Shown: piece by piece, positions 1 through 11,114 of the stretch | Layout: each line of letters starts with the position of its first letter | Position numbering within the stretch: the stretch's first letter is position 1 | DNA from: Zygophlyctis sp. KS116 | Taxonomy: Eukaryota; Fungi; Chytridiomycota | Direction of reading: 5' to 3' | Length of the DNA stretch: 32,000 bases | NCBI GenBank assembly: GCA_054661495.1 | Contig: BAAFSQ010000098.1 | Coordinates: 1,405-33,404 of the forward strand | Program-made: the position numbers and the translations under genes | Notes under the pieces: generated by a model | Seen by the model: only the letters and a program-made list of their open reading frames with translations | The model's database searches: none | Told to the model about the DNA's origin: nothing

Positions 1-2922
1 GCTGGGACTGCAGAGTTTTTAGTAGATCAACAAAATCGATACTATTTCATAGAAATCAATCCCAGAATTCAGGTTGAACATACAGTCACGGAAGAAGTTA
101 CTGGTATTGATATCGTGTCTGCACAGATACAAATAGCCATGGGAGCTTCTCTAAAAGATTTGGGATTAATACAAGAAAATATATCGATTAGAGGATATAC
201 AATTCAATGTAGAGTTACCACAGAAGACCCATACAAGAATTTTCAACCAGATACTGGACGCATTGAGGTATATCGATCTTGTGCGGGTCATGGTGTTAGA
301 CTGGATGGTGGTCCTGGATTTTCTGGGGCGATCATATCTCCTCACTATGACTCACTGCTTGTAAAGTGTACAGTTAGTGGTCGTAGTTTCGACTTGACTC
401 GAAGAAAAATGCTACGGGCACTATCAGAATTCAGAGGTAAGTCATTGATTGGTTTAATGTTAGTGCGGGGTCTAAAAACTAATATCCCTTTTCTAATAGG
501 CTTATTACGACATCCGATCTTCCTTGAAGGCGGGAAGGTTTGGACTACATTTATTGATGATACTCCTGAACTGCTTCATGAATTCCCCTCCAAAAACAGA
601 GGGCAGAAAATTCTTCGATATTTGGGAGATCTTGCCGTTAATGGACCAAGAGTGAAGGGTCAAAAGGTATTTATGACATTATAAAATATACTAGGGACTT
701 CCCCAACTTCAAGCATCTGCTATTATTCCCTCTATCCCCAATATACCTGATAGTATAAGTTCTCGACCATGTCAGACAGGTTGGCGTACCATTCTTCTTC
801 AAAAAGGACCGCAGGTATTAAATATCTAATATTTATCTGATAATTCAGGAATTCGCCAAAGCTATTCGAAATCACCCTACTGCACTAATAATGGATACAA
901 CATGGAGGGATGCGCATCAATCTCTGCTGGCAACAAGAGTTCGAACAATTGATATGGCAAATATAGCGACAACTACCTCGCATATTCTGAAGGATGCATT
1001 CGCGCTGGAATGCTGGGGTGGAGGTACGATGATATTTTTAAAAATGAAGCAACTTTTGATGTTTCAATGCGATTTTTATGGGAATGTCCATGGGAGAGAT
1101 TGAAAACTTTAAGAGATCTAGTTCCAAATATTCCTTTCAGCATGCTTCTTCGGGGAGCAAATGCTGTCGGGTACTTGCTTTATTAGGGATTAATGAAATA
1201 GCTATACATCATATCCCGATAATGTGGTCTATGAATTTTGTAAGAAGGCGGTTGCTTGTGGAGTTGATGTATTTCGGGTTTTTGACTCATTGAATTATGA
1301 TGAAAATCTGATCCTTGGTATAGATGCGGTTGTCAAGGCTGGCGGTGTAGCAGAGGGGACCATATCTTACACTGGTGATGTCTCTGATCCTGCAAGAAAG
1401 AGATATGATATTAGCTATTATCTAAATTTAACCGATAAATTAGTCAAAGCAGGTATTCATATTCTTGGAATTAAGGATATGGCTGGATTATTGAAGCCTC
1501 AAGCAGCAAAAATTTTAATTTCTACTATAAGAAAGCGATATCCTGATTTGGTAATTCACGTCCATACTCATGATACTGCTGGAACAGGTGTGGCGAGCAT
1601 GCTTGCAGCTGTTAAAGCAGGTGCTGATGTTGTAGATCTAGCCATCGACTCAATGTCAGGATTAACATCACAACCTTCGTTGGGTGCATTTGTCGCTGGA
1701 TTACAAGGGACCGATTTGGATACGAAACTTGATATGGATCAATTACAGGTTTTGAATAGCTATTGGGAACAAATGAGACTTTTGTATTCGTGCTTTGATC
1801 CTGGAATTAAATCTGGTGACTCTGGAGTATATGTCCACGAGATGCCTGGCGGACAATATACAAATCTACTGTTCCAGAGTCAATCTTTAGGTCTGGGCTC
1901 AAGGTGGATTGGTACGTTTCATCGTATATATAACTTTCAGAAGTTAAAAATGCTTACGCAGCTGCTAACAAAATATGCGGGGATATTGTGAAAGTCACTC
2001 CATCTTCCAAAGTCGTAGGTGATCTTGCTCAATTTATGGTGGCTCAAAAATTAACGGAAGAAGATGTTTACGCACATGCAGAGAACCTATCATTTCCAAA
2101 TTCTGTTTTAGAATACTTTCAAGGGTATCTGGGTCAACCTCCGTACGGCTTTCCTGAACCGCTTCGAACTCGAATCCTCCAATCTAAAAAGCTTAGTAAA
2201 ATTGTTGGTAATTATAATTGATCCCACTAAAAATAGGACGCCCTGGTGCTACTATGGACCCTCTTGATATGGGTAGCTTGAGAATAAGTCTTCAGGAAAA
2301 ATATGAGAAGTTTTCAATCAGTGAATATGATGTTCTTAGTGCTGCTCTTTATCCTAAAGTAATATTTTTTTATTAAAAGACAGGTTTTCGAAGATTATCG
2401 GAAATTCAAGGACCAGTACGGCAATTTAAGCTCCTTGCCAACATTGCAATTCCTGAAACCTTTAAAGGTTGGCGAAGAATTTTGCTTTGAACTGGAAGCT
2501 GGAAAAACTCTCATCATTAGCTTAATTGCAATTGGTCCGCTTAATGAACAAACCGGTCACAGAGATGTATTTTTTAACTTGAATGGCGAAGCTCGAGTCG
2601 TGTCGATAATTGATGAAGTAGAGAAACAAACTAATGATAATTCCGCTTCAGCAGCCAGAACAAAGGTTAATCCTGAGGACAAATCTGAAATCGGTGTAAT
2701 TTTCCTTGTTTTTTATTGTAGGCCCCAATGTCAGGAATAATTGTTGACTTAAGAGCCAAGGAAGGTTCTCCAGTAAAAATTGGTGATCCTATTGCTGTAA
2801 TGTCTGCCATGAAGATGGAAACCGTCATTAATTCGACCTGTGATGGGATAATTGAGAAAGTATACGTCAAAGCCGATGAATCGCTCAATGCAGGAGATAT
2901 GATTGCTAAAATAAAAACGTAG
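1..2922 (+). CDS. PYC: Pyruvate carboxylase (5' part outside window; 9 micro-introns resolved)
   Basis: Biotin carboxylase motifs ([30 protein letters not shown]), carboxyltransferase motifs ([49 protein letters not shown]) and biotinyl domain SAMKM. ORF fragments join via GT-AG introns, e.g. 437-463 and 667-694. Confidence 0.97.
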
Positions 2923-2950
2923 CGGATCTAAAAAAATATGTTTTAGTACT

Positions 2951-4940
2951 TTAAGTTAATGTTGTTTCGCTTTCTGATCTCTGAGCTACACATTTAGAGG
3001 CTGATTCATGAGGATTCAAAGCACTGAATTCGTTTATCAAGTCTAGCATTGCATTTTTTTGATATGATGAGTCCATAGTAAGGCTGCCAAGACTTTTAAA
3101 CATATCTTGCGATAGCTGCGCACTAGCAATAGTTTCTTGAAATTGTTTCAGGTACCAAGTCCGCATTATGTATTTAGTTTTTGCGGCAAGCTTTTTCTTG
3201 ATGGATACCTTCGATATTGTATCAGCACTTTCTTCATCAGAGCTATAAGCCGCATCCTCAATATCTTGATCCATATCTTCAATCTGCTTACCCGTGGAAT
3301 TCAAGAAAATCTTTAAATATATCTCGAATCCAGCAAATGAATTAGCAAATGCTAAATATTCATTCGGAGCTTGAAGATCTCCAACTCTGAAGATATTCAG
3401 TATAGAATCAATCGCCAGTAGTTCAGAGTTTTCGTCACCTTGAATCACATACAAATATTGAAGTAAAGCCATAACAACATTATTGTCAGTCAATTTCTTT
3501 GTAATATACCAATCTCTAAAAGACATGCAGTTTCTTACAAATACACAAGCCTCCTTTTGAAGATCTTGATCTGAATGATCATCTAAAATCTTAATAATTT
3601 GATTAACCAATGGTGTTTCAATTATCACCTTGGCAAAGTGAATATGCGCAGACAAATTAGCCAAAATTTGTATGCAGAATATCTCCAGAGAGGCACGACA
3701 ACTGGAAGGTATTTTATGATATGTAAGAATTAGATCTATTTCAGAAAGTATGCCAGCCGAAACAATGTACTAAAGATTCATTTAAAATAAAAATACATCA
3801 AGATGAATTGGATTTTTGGAAGAAGACAAATTGATCATTGCTCTTAAAATAGGATGAGTCGTCATCATATTATTTCTCCTATTTTTGTAAATTAGAAAAA
3901 GTTACGATAATATTTGAACTAATCTGAAACACAGTTCAGGAGATATCATTGCGTCTATCAAATTATTACGTCCTGCCGCATGAAAAATCCTTGCTACTGC
4001 CCAACAGCATTCTTTCAGCAAAAGAGGATCATCGTGATTCAAGAAATTCGGAATTGCCTTAAGGGCAGGATCCATAAGATGCCAATCTGGTCTGTATCTA
4101 CACATATTGTCAACCACCCACATTGAAATTCTAAAAGCTTCCTTACGAGCACTTTCATCACTAAATTCTCCCTGCCATATTCGTAAAATAGCAGAAAGAG
4201 AACAGTTTTGCAATACGATATCTCGATAGCCTTCCCTGTCGCCTACAATATTACCAACAGTCCAGGCAGCCTCAAAATGAGTTACTCAAGATCATACCTG
4301 AGTTCTGATATTTCCAGAAGGATGAACAAGAAGATTGTTAAGAGATGCTAGAAAATCTGCTTTAACTATTGCCGTTGTGTGAGCAGTCGGGCCAGCTTTA
4401 AGTTAGATCAAACATTAATTACCAGCAATGTTTGTCACAATCCAGAGTGTCTCAAACTATGATTTTAGAATAAACTGATCCTTACAATCAAATTTTCTGG
4501 ATAACTAGCATTTAGAAACGAACGTAATTGACTGAGAATCTGCCACGTCAGCAAATGTTGGACATGAAGTTCGCTATTTTCTAACCATTAATATAAACCA
4601 ATAAGCAACCTCCACAAACATATTTTCTAATTTTCTTTATAGCCCAAAAGTTTTGCTCATGATTATTGACATATAGAGCCTGTACCCATTGACTCTCATC
4701 TATTCCCAGTCCCTAATTATTAAACCACGGTATCAATCAAACCTTTTCTTCCTGATGCTCTAATTTAATCGCTCTAGTTTTACTGATTAGAGGGGCGAGA
4801 GACTCATCTTCCTTTGAATCTGCTAAACGCCGGCGTGGTTTTATCTTTGAATCATCCAATCCGTCTTGAGAGAACTTGATCTCATTAATTTGGACACTGC
4901 TCAGGCATGATGGATCTGTCAAAAAACTAATCTCTTCCAT
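2951..4940 (-). CDS. Divergent importin-alpha-like ARM-repeat protein (multi-exon)
   Basis: Spliced translation gives FETLWIVTNIAAGPTAHTTAIV...RTQAAWTVGNIVGDREGYRDIV, WVVDNMCR, ECCWAVARI and LQKEACVFVRN, which resemble importin-alpha ARM repeats. Confidence 0.8.
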
Positions 4941-4955
4941 TTAAAGTCAAGTTAG

Positions 4956-4963
4956 TGACGTCA
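4956..4963. promoter_or_regulatory. CRE-like palindrome TGACGTCA just upstream of the importin-alpha-like start
   Basis: Perfect ATF/CREB-type site in a 37-bp intergenic gap. Related TTACGTCA lies at 5725-5732, upstream of the next gene. Confidence 0.4.
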
Positions 4964-4977
4964 AATCAATCAAAAAA

Positions 4978-5706
4978 TCACGTCTGCTTTTCAGTTTCGG
5001 ACACATTATTTAGCATTGAATGAATGGCTTCTGGTGATGGAGATTGCAAATTGTCCATCTTGCTCCAATCTATATTTGGAAATCCATTCTGCAAAGCCGA
5101 TAAAATACTAGGGGATTTAATAGAATCCGAATCAAACAGATATGAGAATGATTCTCGGTGATTATTTGGATTATCAATTGCAGGCTTTTCTGGAGTTATA
5201 CTTACATGCTGTTGAGCAGTAGTAGCAAGTGCAAGTAATTCTAGAGGTGATATGTTATATGGAGATTGGACAGATGATTCAGTAGGAGATGATTTTGGCG
5301 AGGTTTTAAGCTTACGAACCACTCTCTTCTTCTTAATGTTAGGAGGAGCTGGATTGCTCTTTCTATTCTTTAGTCTCTGCTGAAGAAGCATCATTGATTG
5401 CTTTTTTTGAAGACTTTCCAAATCTTGTTGACTTTGAATATCCGCTTGAGATGTTTGTCGGACTTGATGTTGACCTAATGTAGATAAAGCATTCATAGTC
5501 ATAATCTGAGCAAGTGCTACTACAAGATTCATATCTACTGAATTTGTAGGATATGAGGCTGGGAATGGCAACATTGGAAGTCCTTGAGGAGTTAACAATC
5601 CAGTCCAATCAGAAGCCGACTTTTCATTCGATGAAAGAATTGGTGAGACATATGGTCTTTTATCATTTGAAGGCTCTTGATCAATCCCCTTTTTAGCTTT
5701 TGGCAT
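4978..5706 (-). CDS. Hypothetical low-complexity S/P/Q-rich protein with a basic NLS-like patch
   Basis: 242-aa intronless ATG ORF filling the space between neighbours; KKKRVVRKLK patch; no family recognised. Confidence 0.6.
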   Translation of the reverse strand: MPKAKKGIDQEPSNDKRPYVSPILSSNEKSASDWTGLLTPQGLPMLPFPASYPTNSVDMNLVVALAQIMTMNALSTLGQHQVRQTSQADIQSQQDLESLQKKQSMMLLQQRLKNRKSNPAPPNIKKKRVVRKLKTSPKSSPTESSVQSPYNISPLELLALATTAQQHVSITPEKPAIDNPNNHRESFSYLFDSDSIKSPSILSALQNGFPNIDWSKMDNLQSPSPEAIHSMLNNVSETEKQT

Positions 5707-5753
5707 TTATAAATAAATCCGGGATTACGTCAACAATTGATCATTTTGAGTTT

Positions 5754-6693
5754 CTATTTCGGTAACAATACAATTTCATCCTTATTCATACGATCTAAAA
5801 TTGGTCTTTCCCATAAATTAACCGCAGTATTTGCAACAGCATCAGGATCAATATGTTTTGTAATATTTAATACTAAATCATCAAAGTCTTGCTGCACTGT
5901 AATCTTTAAAATTTTCCTTTTCACCGACAATAATAAAGAAAGTCCGACATATCCTAGAATCGCATCTTCTCCGGCAATCACAATATCCCAAATCCCTTCT
6001 AAAGTTCCATATGGAAGTACATTTGAAAAGAATGCAGCAAACCACCTATTGTTTAAAATTTAACATAATTCCATACCATGAACACTTTTGCAATTTAAAA
6101 CCTTCCAGATGTATATACATTACATAATCATGAACTTTTAAAAGTTCAGCCATGAAGTCTATTTTATTTGAAATAAAATAAGAATCTTGATCAACATCTA
6201 ATGGAACAGAGCATTGTTGTATAAACCCCCTAAATAGTATAAAAGCTTCGGTCATGCCTTGTATAGAAATATCCTGAAATGCTTTAGATAACGAAATCAG
6301 ATGATCTGGACACTTTTTCTGAATTTGATTAAGAAATTCAATTGGCGAGATCGTATCTAAAGATTGCACGCACAATAAAACCCCTCTGGTTAATAATTCA
6401 TCGTCTGAAATATCAGTTTCACAAATCCTTTTAATACAATTTAAAATCTGATGAATCTCATCATGTTGATTCTCCTGAGCAAATTCCCACATTTTCTTAA
6501 GCGTCGGCCAACATTTTAACAAAACTTTCCAAACCAATGGTCTATAAGAATGAGGAATCCGAACCCATAAACATAATTTCTGAAATTTAGAGATATTCAA
6601 CGGCTCTTCATTTAATGCAATCGTAAGAGAAGATTGTACTTCGACCGATTTAACCCCCAAAGTAGAATAATAATTCTTTCTAAAATTATCCAT
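5754..6693 (-). CDS. TBC1D7: TBC1 domain family member 7 (TSC complex subunit) homolog
   Basis: MDNFRKNYYSTLGVKSVE...IPHSYRPLVWKVLL matches the TBC1D7 N-terminus as I recall it (NFRSVYYEKVG...SMYRALVWKVLL). One 31-nt intron near 6046-6076. The start may extend to the in-frame ATG at 6828. Confidence 0.85.
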
Positions 6694-6864
6694 TACTATA
6701 CAATTTCTTGATCTTTGTTGAACCGTCGAACCGTTACCACTTACACCCTCAGAGCAATGTCTTTCAATAGTGTTTGATTGTACAAGATACAGAAGCGTAT
6801 CCAATGATTCATTTAATAAACTCATCATCTAATAGTATTAAATATAATTTCTTAGAAAATGCAT

Positions 6865-7305
6865 TTATTTCTTTAGATTTGGTGTCCATGATTCAGGAGT
6901 GAAATCAGTCTTTGGTAATGCAGAATGTTTCTTGTCCAATTCCAACTTTTTGACATTTTCCTGAATTCGCTGATATGCTTCTTGAGCCATTATCAATTCC
7001 TAACGTTAATACAATCATAATACTTGTTGAGTCGGAGGTTCAGATCGGGTATGACTTAACCAAGATCGCCATTGAACAGGCAAATCGGTTTCTGAATACT
7101 CAAATGCCTTTTTGTTACCGTCGACGTATTCAACCTTTCGCTTATAATAACTGCCGACCAGATCTAACATTAAACACATGTAAGTATTACCTTTAGACTC
7201 AAAATAACAATTTCCTTGAAGATCAGATCCGATATACTTGTAGTCTGAAGGGATCCAATTCTTCTTCTTAAGAAAGATTAATCCGCTGTTCAAAAGTCTA
7301 AACAT
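6865..7305 (-). CDS. NDUFA12-family protein (NDUFAF2/mimitin-like complex I assembly factor)
   Basis: IGSDLQGNCYFE...RKVEY...LPVQWRSWLSHTRSEPPT and C-terminal FTPESWTP; introns at 7164-7190 and near 7000-7023. Confidence 0.85.
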
Positions 7306-7362
7306 TCACAACAGAAGTACTTGTGGCCGTAAAAACTTCCGGAAAGGTTCCGAATAGATAGG

Positions 7363-9697
7363 ATGGATGATCAGTTGGCTAAAAAAAAGTAATTAATAAT
7401 ACATTAATAATTATAGGAAAATCATTCCTGGAGATGTAGTATTGCATCCATCGGATTCAGCAATCATTATCAATTATACAATGCGCATGTATAATTCACA
7501 AAATGATTTAGATCAAGAGTCGAATCATCAGAAAATGTAATTACAAACTATTAATGGAAAGAATTAGAATCAAGATTTCTCAAAAATCAAATATTAAACA
7601 ATTGGCGTCTGAAATTGTTGAAAAATGTAAATTACTAGGCGCAAATCGGACTTTAAAAGTACAAGAATTGTTACAATGTCTATTAAAGCGTAAGATGGAA
7701 CCAGGTTATGAGTCAAGGCAATCATTAAATAAGGATGAGAACTCAGATTATTTAATCGGAGCAAGGGAGGCTGTTGATTTTATAGTGCCACCAAGTATGG
7801 ATTTTATTGAGGAATATATTGAAAGTCTTTATGAAGGAATTAAAGAAAAGTTGATTGCTACAAGAAAGATTTTATATTTGGCAAAAATTCCAGAGAATAT
7901 GGAAACTTTATTGAAAAATGGTAATTTGTAAACTTAATCAATTTAGAGTCATTAATGTCGGCATTAACAAGAGTGTTACGTGAAGATACAAAGAGAAGTT
8001 TAGAGTTGATTACAAACATTATCTTTATTTTTTTCTGTTTTTCAACTTTTTCAGATTTTCATTCACTAATCACTGCAAATAAATTGGGGGATATGTGTTT
8101 GAAAATTATTGATCAAGAAAAGATGCGATGGAGTTTATGGAAAGATGATTTTGAAAAAAGTATGTCTGGAAAAGGATCAAGTCAAGATTTAGATATAAAC
8201 CAAGCAAAATTTAAGAGTCGATTGAAACGACAAGATCAGCTTTTGTTTTGTAAATTTAAAGTTCCATTAATACTAGTGACATTTAATTTGCTCTTAAATT
8301 TGGCAGAAGATTTGACGCTTGAAGTTAAAATGATTAAAAGAGGAATCATTCCGAGTTTGATGATGATGCTGGATCGCCCTTCTTCGGAATTACTTTTATG
8401 CGTAGTTACATTTTTAAAGAAATTAAGTGTTTTTGAAGAAAACAAGAATGAAATGCTAAAGGTATTTCAAACGCAAGAATTAATAATTAGGATGAAACGT
8501 TTATTGAGCGTTTAATTTCTCTTGTTCCAAGTGACAATGATGATCTTCATGAACTTACTTTTAGGCTTATTTTAAATCTAAGCCATGATGTAAAAGTTCG
8601 GAGTCTTCTTGTCAAGAATTTATTTCTTGGGAAACTTCATGCATTTTTCGAGCATGATCCTCTTTCTGAAATTGTTCTATCTCTTTTATATCAAGTTAGC
8701 ATTGATGAAAAAAACAGAAATAACCTTGCGTTTCAAGAATGTATTCCTTCAGTAAGACTTTTAAATTGTAATGTAGTAGCTAGTAAATATTTTGCTAAAG
8801 ACAGAATTTAATCCTGTTCCGATTGCACATGTCGCACTGTTAATTAACTTGGCTTCGATTCCTACAAATGTAAAACTCATTTGTAAAGACAATCAATTAA
8901 AATACATTTGTAAAAGAGCTATTAAAACCAGTGATTACACTCTCTTAAAACTGCTAAGAGTCTTATCTATTCACGATGATATAAAAATGCAATTCTTGGT
9001 ATTATACTTTTTCTAACTCTAAGGATTATATTGATGACTTTTTAGCCATAATAACGAAAACCAAAAACACTCAAATGACTATCGAATGTCTTGGAATACT
9101 ATGTAACATTGGAACCATTCCAAACTTTGATTTTACAAAGTGTATCAAAAGCTATCAAATCATGCCATTCTTAATTTCCACATTGTCAAAATCAAGTGAA
9201 TCTACATCACTAAATGAAAATGATGATTTACTACTTGAAGTAATTGTATTGATTGGTAACATGTTGAATGATCCTAATGTTATTCCAATCCTACTAGACA
9301 GTGGAATCCCAAAACTCATTGTTAACTTGCTATTATGTAAATTATTAAAATTATAATCAAAATAGCCAAAGAGGAAGATGATGAAATAATTCTTCAACTT
9401 TTATATTGCATCAATAGACTCTTGTATAATGAAATCTGCAGAGAAATATTATTATCTAGCACAGGTAATTTATTAAATTCTTAAAACTAGACTTGATTAC
9501 TTATTTAATTGATCTCCATAATGATGAATGCTCCCCAATCAGATCCCTTTCAGAAAATTGCCTAGATCTTATAATGGTAAAACTTAAAAATCTAACCAAA
9601 GGACTCTTCCCCCCAAAACACACTACTAATCAGACAAATGAAATTCCAAAATCACAATCTAAAATGGCTTGAAGCAGTTTCTAACATTGAGGTTTAA
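7363..9697 (+). CDS. KAP3: Kinesin-associated protein 3 (kinesin-II accessory subunit, intraflagellar transport)
   Basis: Spliced N-terminus KRKIIPGDVVLHPSDSAIIINY...QKIIRIK...LASEIVEKCKL; YIESLYE; ALTRVLRED; LLLNLAED; FLKKLSVFEENK; KEEDDEIILQ; C-terminal KFQNHNLKWLEAV. Many micro-introns. Confidence 0.93.
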
Positions 9698-10136
9698 TTG
9701 GAACAAAACTTAATTGTGAAGCGATTGGCAATTTAATTTTTCCAATTTCCTCAATAGTCTTCCAATTAGAATCATTAATTTCTGATCTTGGTATAAAATA
9801 AACCTCTTCTGACCAAGGCTGCGATACACTTACTAATAAAGATTGATTACAATTTAAGAATGTTAAAATTGGAAAATGCTGAAAGAGAGTCGACGGTTCA
9901 GAATTCTTATTAATAATCACAATTCCATGCATTGATCTAGACTGCAACAGATCAGTAACACTTGATAGTCCCTTGATAGTACTAGATCTTACTAGATCTG
10001 ATAAGACTGACAATACCGATGCATCATTGATAATAGTCCAATCATATTTGTAGGGATGATGTAATGAAAACTTCATTCTAAAGTAAAATTTGTAAGCACT
10101 TGGAATCTCTATTTTACATATGCTTGATGCATTCAT
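9681..10136 (-). CDS. Hypothetical protein
   Basis: 151-aa ATG ORF with globular-looking composition; 3' end overlaps the KAP3 stop; no family recognised. Confidence 0.5.
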   Translation of the reverse strand: MNASSICKIEIPSAYKFYFRMKFSLHHPYKYDWTIINDASVLSVLSDLVRSSTIKGLSSVTDLLQSRSMHGIVIINKNSEPSTLFQHFPILTFLNCNQSLLVSVSQPWSEEVYFIPRSEINDSNWKTIEEIGKIKLPIASQLSFVPIKPQC

Positions 10137-10240
10137 CTCCTGTAATAAATAATATCTACAATTAACATTGACAGATAATAAAATGTTTACAATAGTATAT
10201 TTTCACGAATTCTTAACTGATCTTTGTCATTTTTATGACT

Positions 10241-10903
10241 TTATGAGCTCCTGATTGCCCTAAAAGGTTCTTTCTTTAACTGAGATTGATTTGGGATGTT
10301 GGCATTTGTACTTGTCCTCATTGATTCTGCTGATGTTTTATTCTTGATATTGCTGTGTGTATTTGCAATATTGCGCTGAGACTTTACGACTGGTTTTGAT
10401 ACTTGCTGTGGAGCTTTATCAGCCACTCTAGCCTTTTTATTTGATGCTTGCTGTGGAGCTTTATCAGCCACTCTAGCCTTTTTATTTGATACTTGAGTTA
10501 TTTCTGGCGGTGCAGCTTCTTTTTTAGAGACTGGTCTAGATGCTACTGGAGGAGATGGAGGAACCACAGCTGCTTCTGTTTGAATTTTATTTGCTGGAAG
10601 AGCATTCAGAGATCCAGTATTTCCAAAAGGCAGACTTGACTTTTGATTGCTGTCTGGGTTTCCTGTTGGACTTTGACTGAAAACTGGCTGATCCTTCCCA
10701 TTAATAAGATCATTAAAATCCTTTCTTAAATCATGGAGTATATCAATTGGATCAAGAGATTTAATGTTTATAAGTGCCACATATTTTTCTGATGGAGGCC
10801 ATGATCCATAAGAAGACCATTTAGAGACTTTAATAAGTTTTTGTTGAGCAAAGACAGTTAGCAATTGATTTAATAAAAGAATGAAAAGTCTGATGCTCTT
10901 CAT
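10241..10903 (-). CDS. Putative secreted protein with a P/K/Q-rich repetitive tail
   Basis: Signal-peptide-like MKSIRLFILLLNQLLTVFA and an internal 15-aa repeat. Confidence 0.55.
   Translation of the reverse strand: MKSIRLFILLLNQLLTVFAQQKLIKVSKWSSYGSWPPSEKYVALINIKSLDPIDILHDLRKDFNDLINGKDQPVFSQSPTGNPDSNQKSSLPFGNTGSLNALPANKIQTEAAVVPPSPPVASRPVSKKEAAPPEITQVSNKKARVADKAPQQASNKKARVADKAPQQVSKPVVKSQRNIANTHSNIKNKTSAESMRTSTNANIPNQSQLKKEPFRAIRSS
10396..10495. repeat. 45-bp coding tandem repeat, about 2.2 copies
   Basis: ttgat(a/g)cttgctgtggagctttatcagccactctagcctttttat at 10396 and 10441, partial at 10486; encodes SNKKARVADKAPQQ(A/V). Confidence 0.95.
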
Positions 10904-11114
10904 GAGATTTATTGATTGCAAAAGACGGCAGGTGAGTGGCCACTTGGATCTTGTGATTTCATCCTGACTATATCCGATCAGATCAGTTCAATATATTCTA
11001 TGATTTTATAGAAACATTCTTTTGATTTTCATGTAAACTCAAAGACATTTGAAACACAACGGAGAAAACGGCAAAATTGTAGGAGATAGGCCCCTGATTG
11101 TTTATTTTTTACCA

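Noticed and set aside
1-2922. Fragmented ORFs as pseudogenes, programmed frameshifts or an alternative genetic code
   Set aside because: Every break I examined is resolved by a short GT-AG intron under the standard code.
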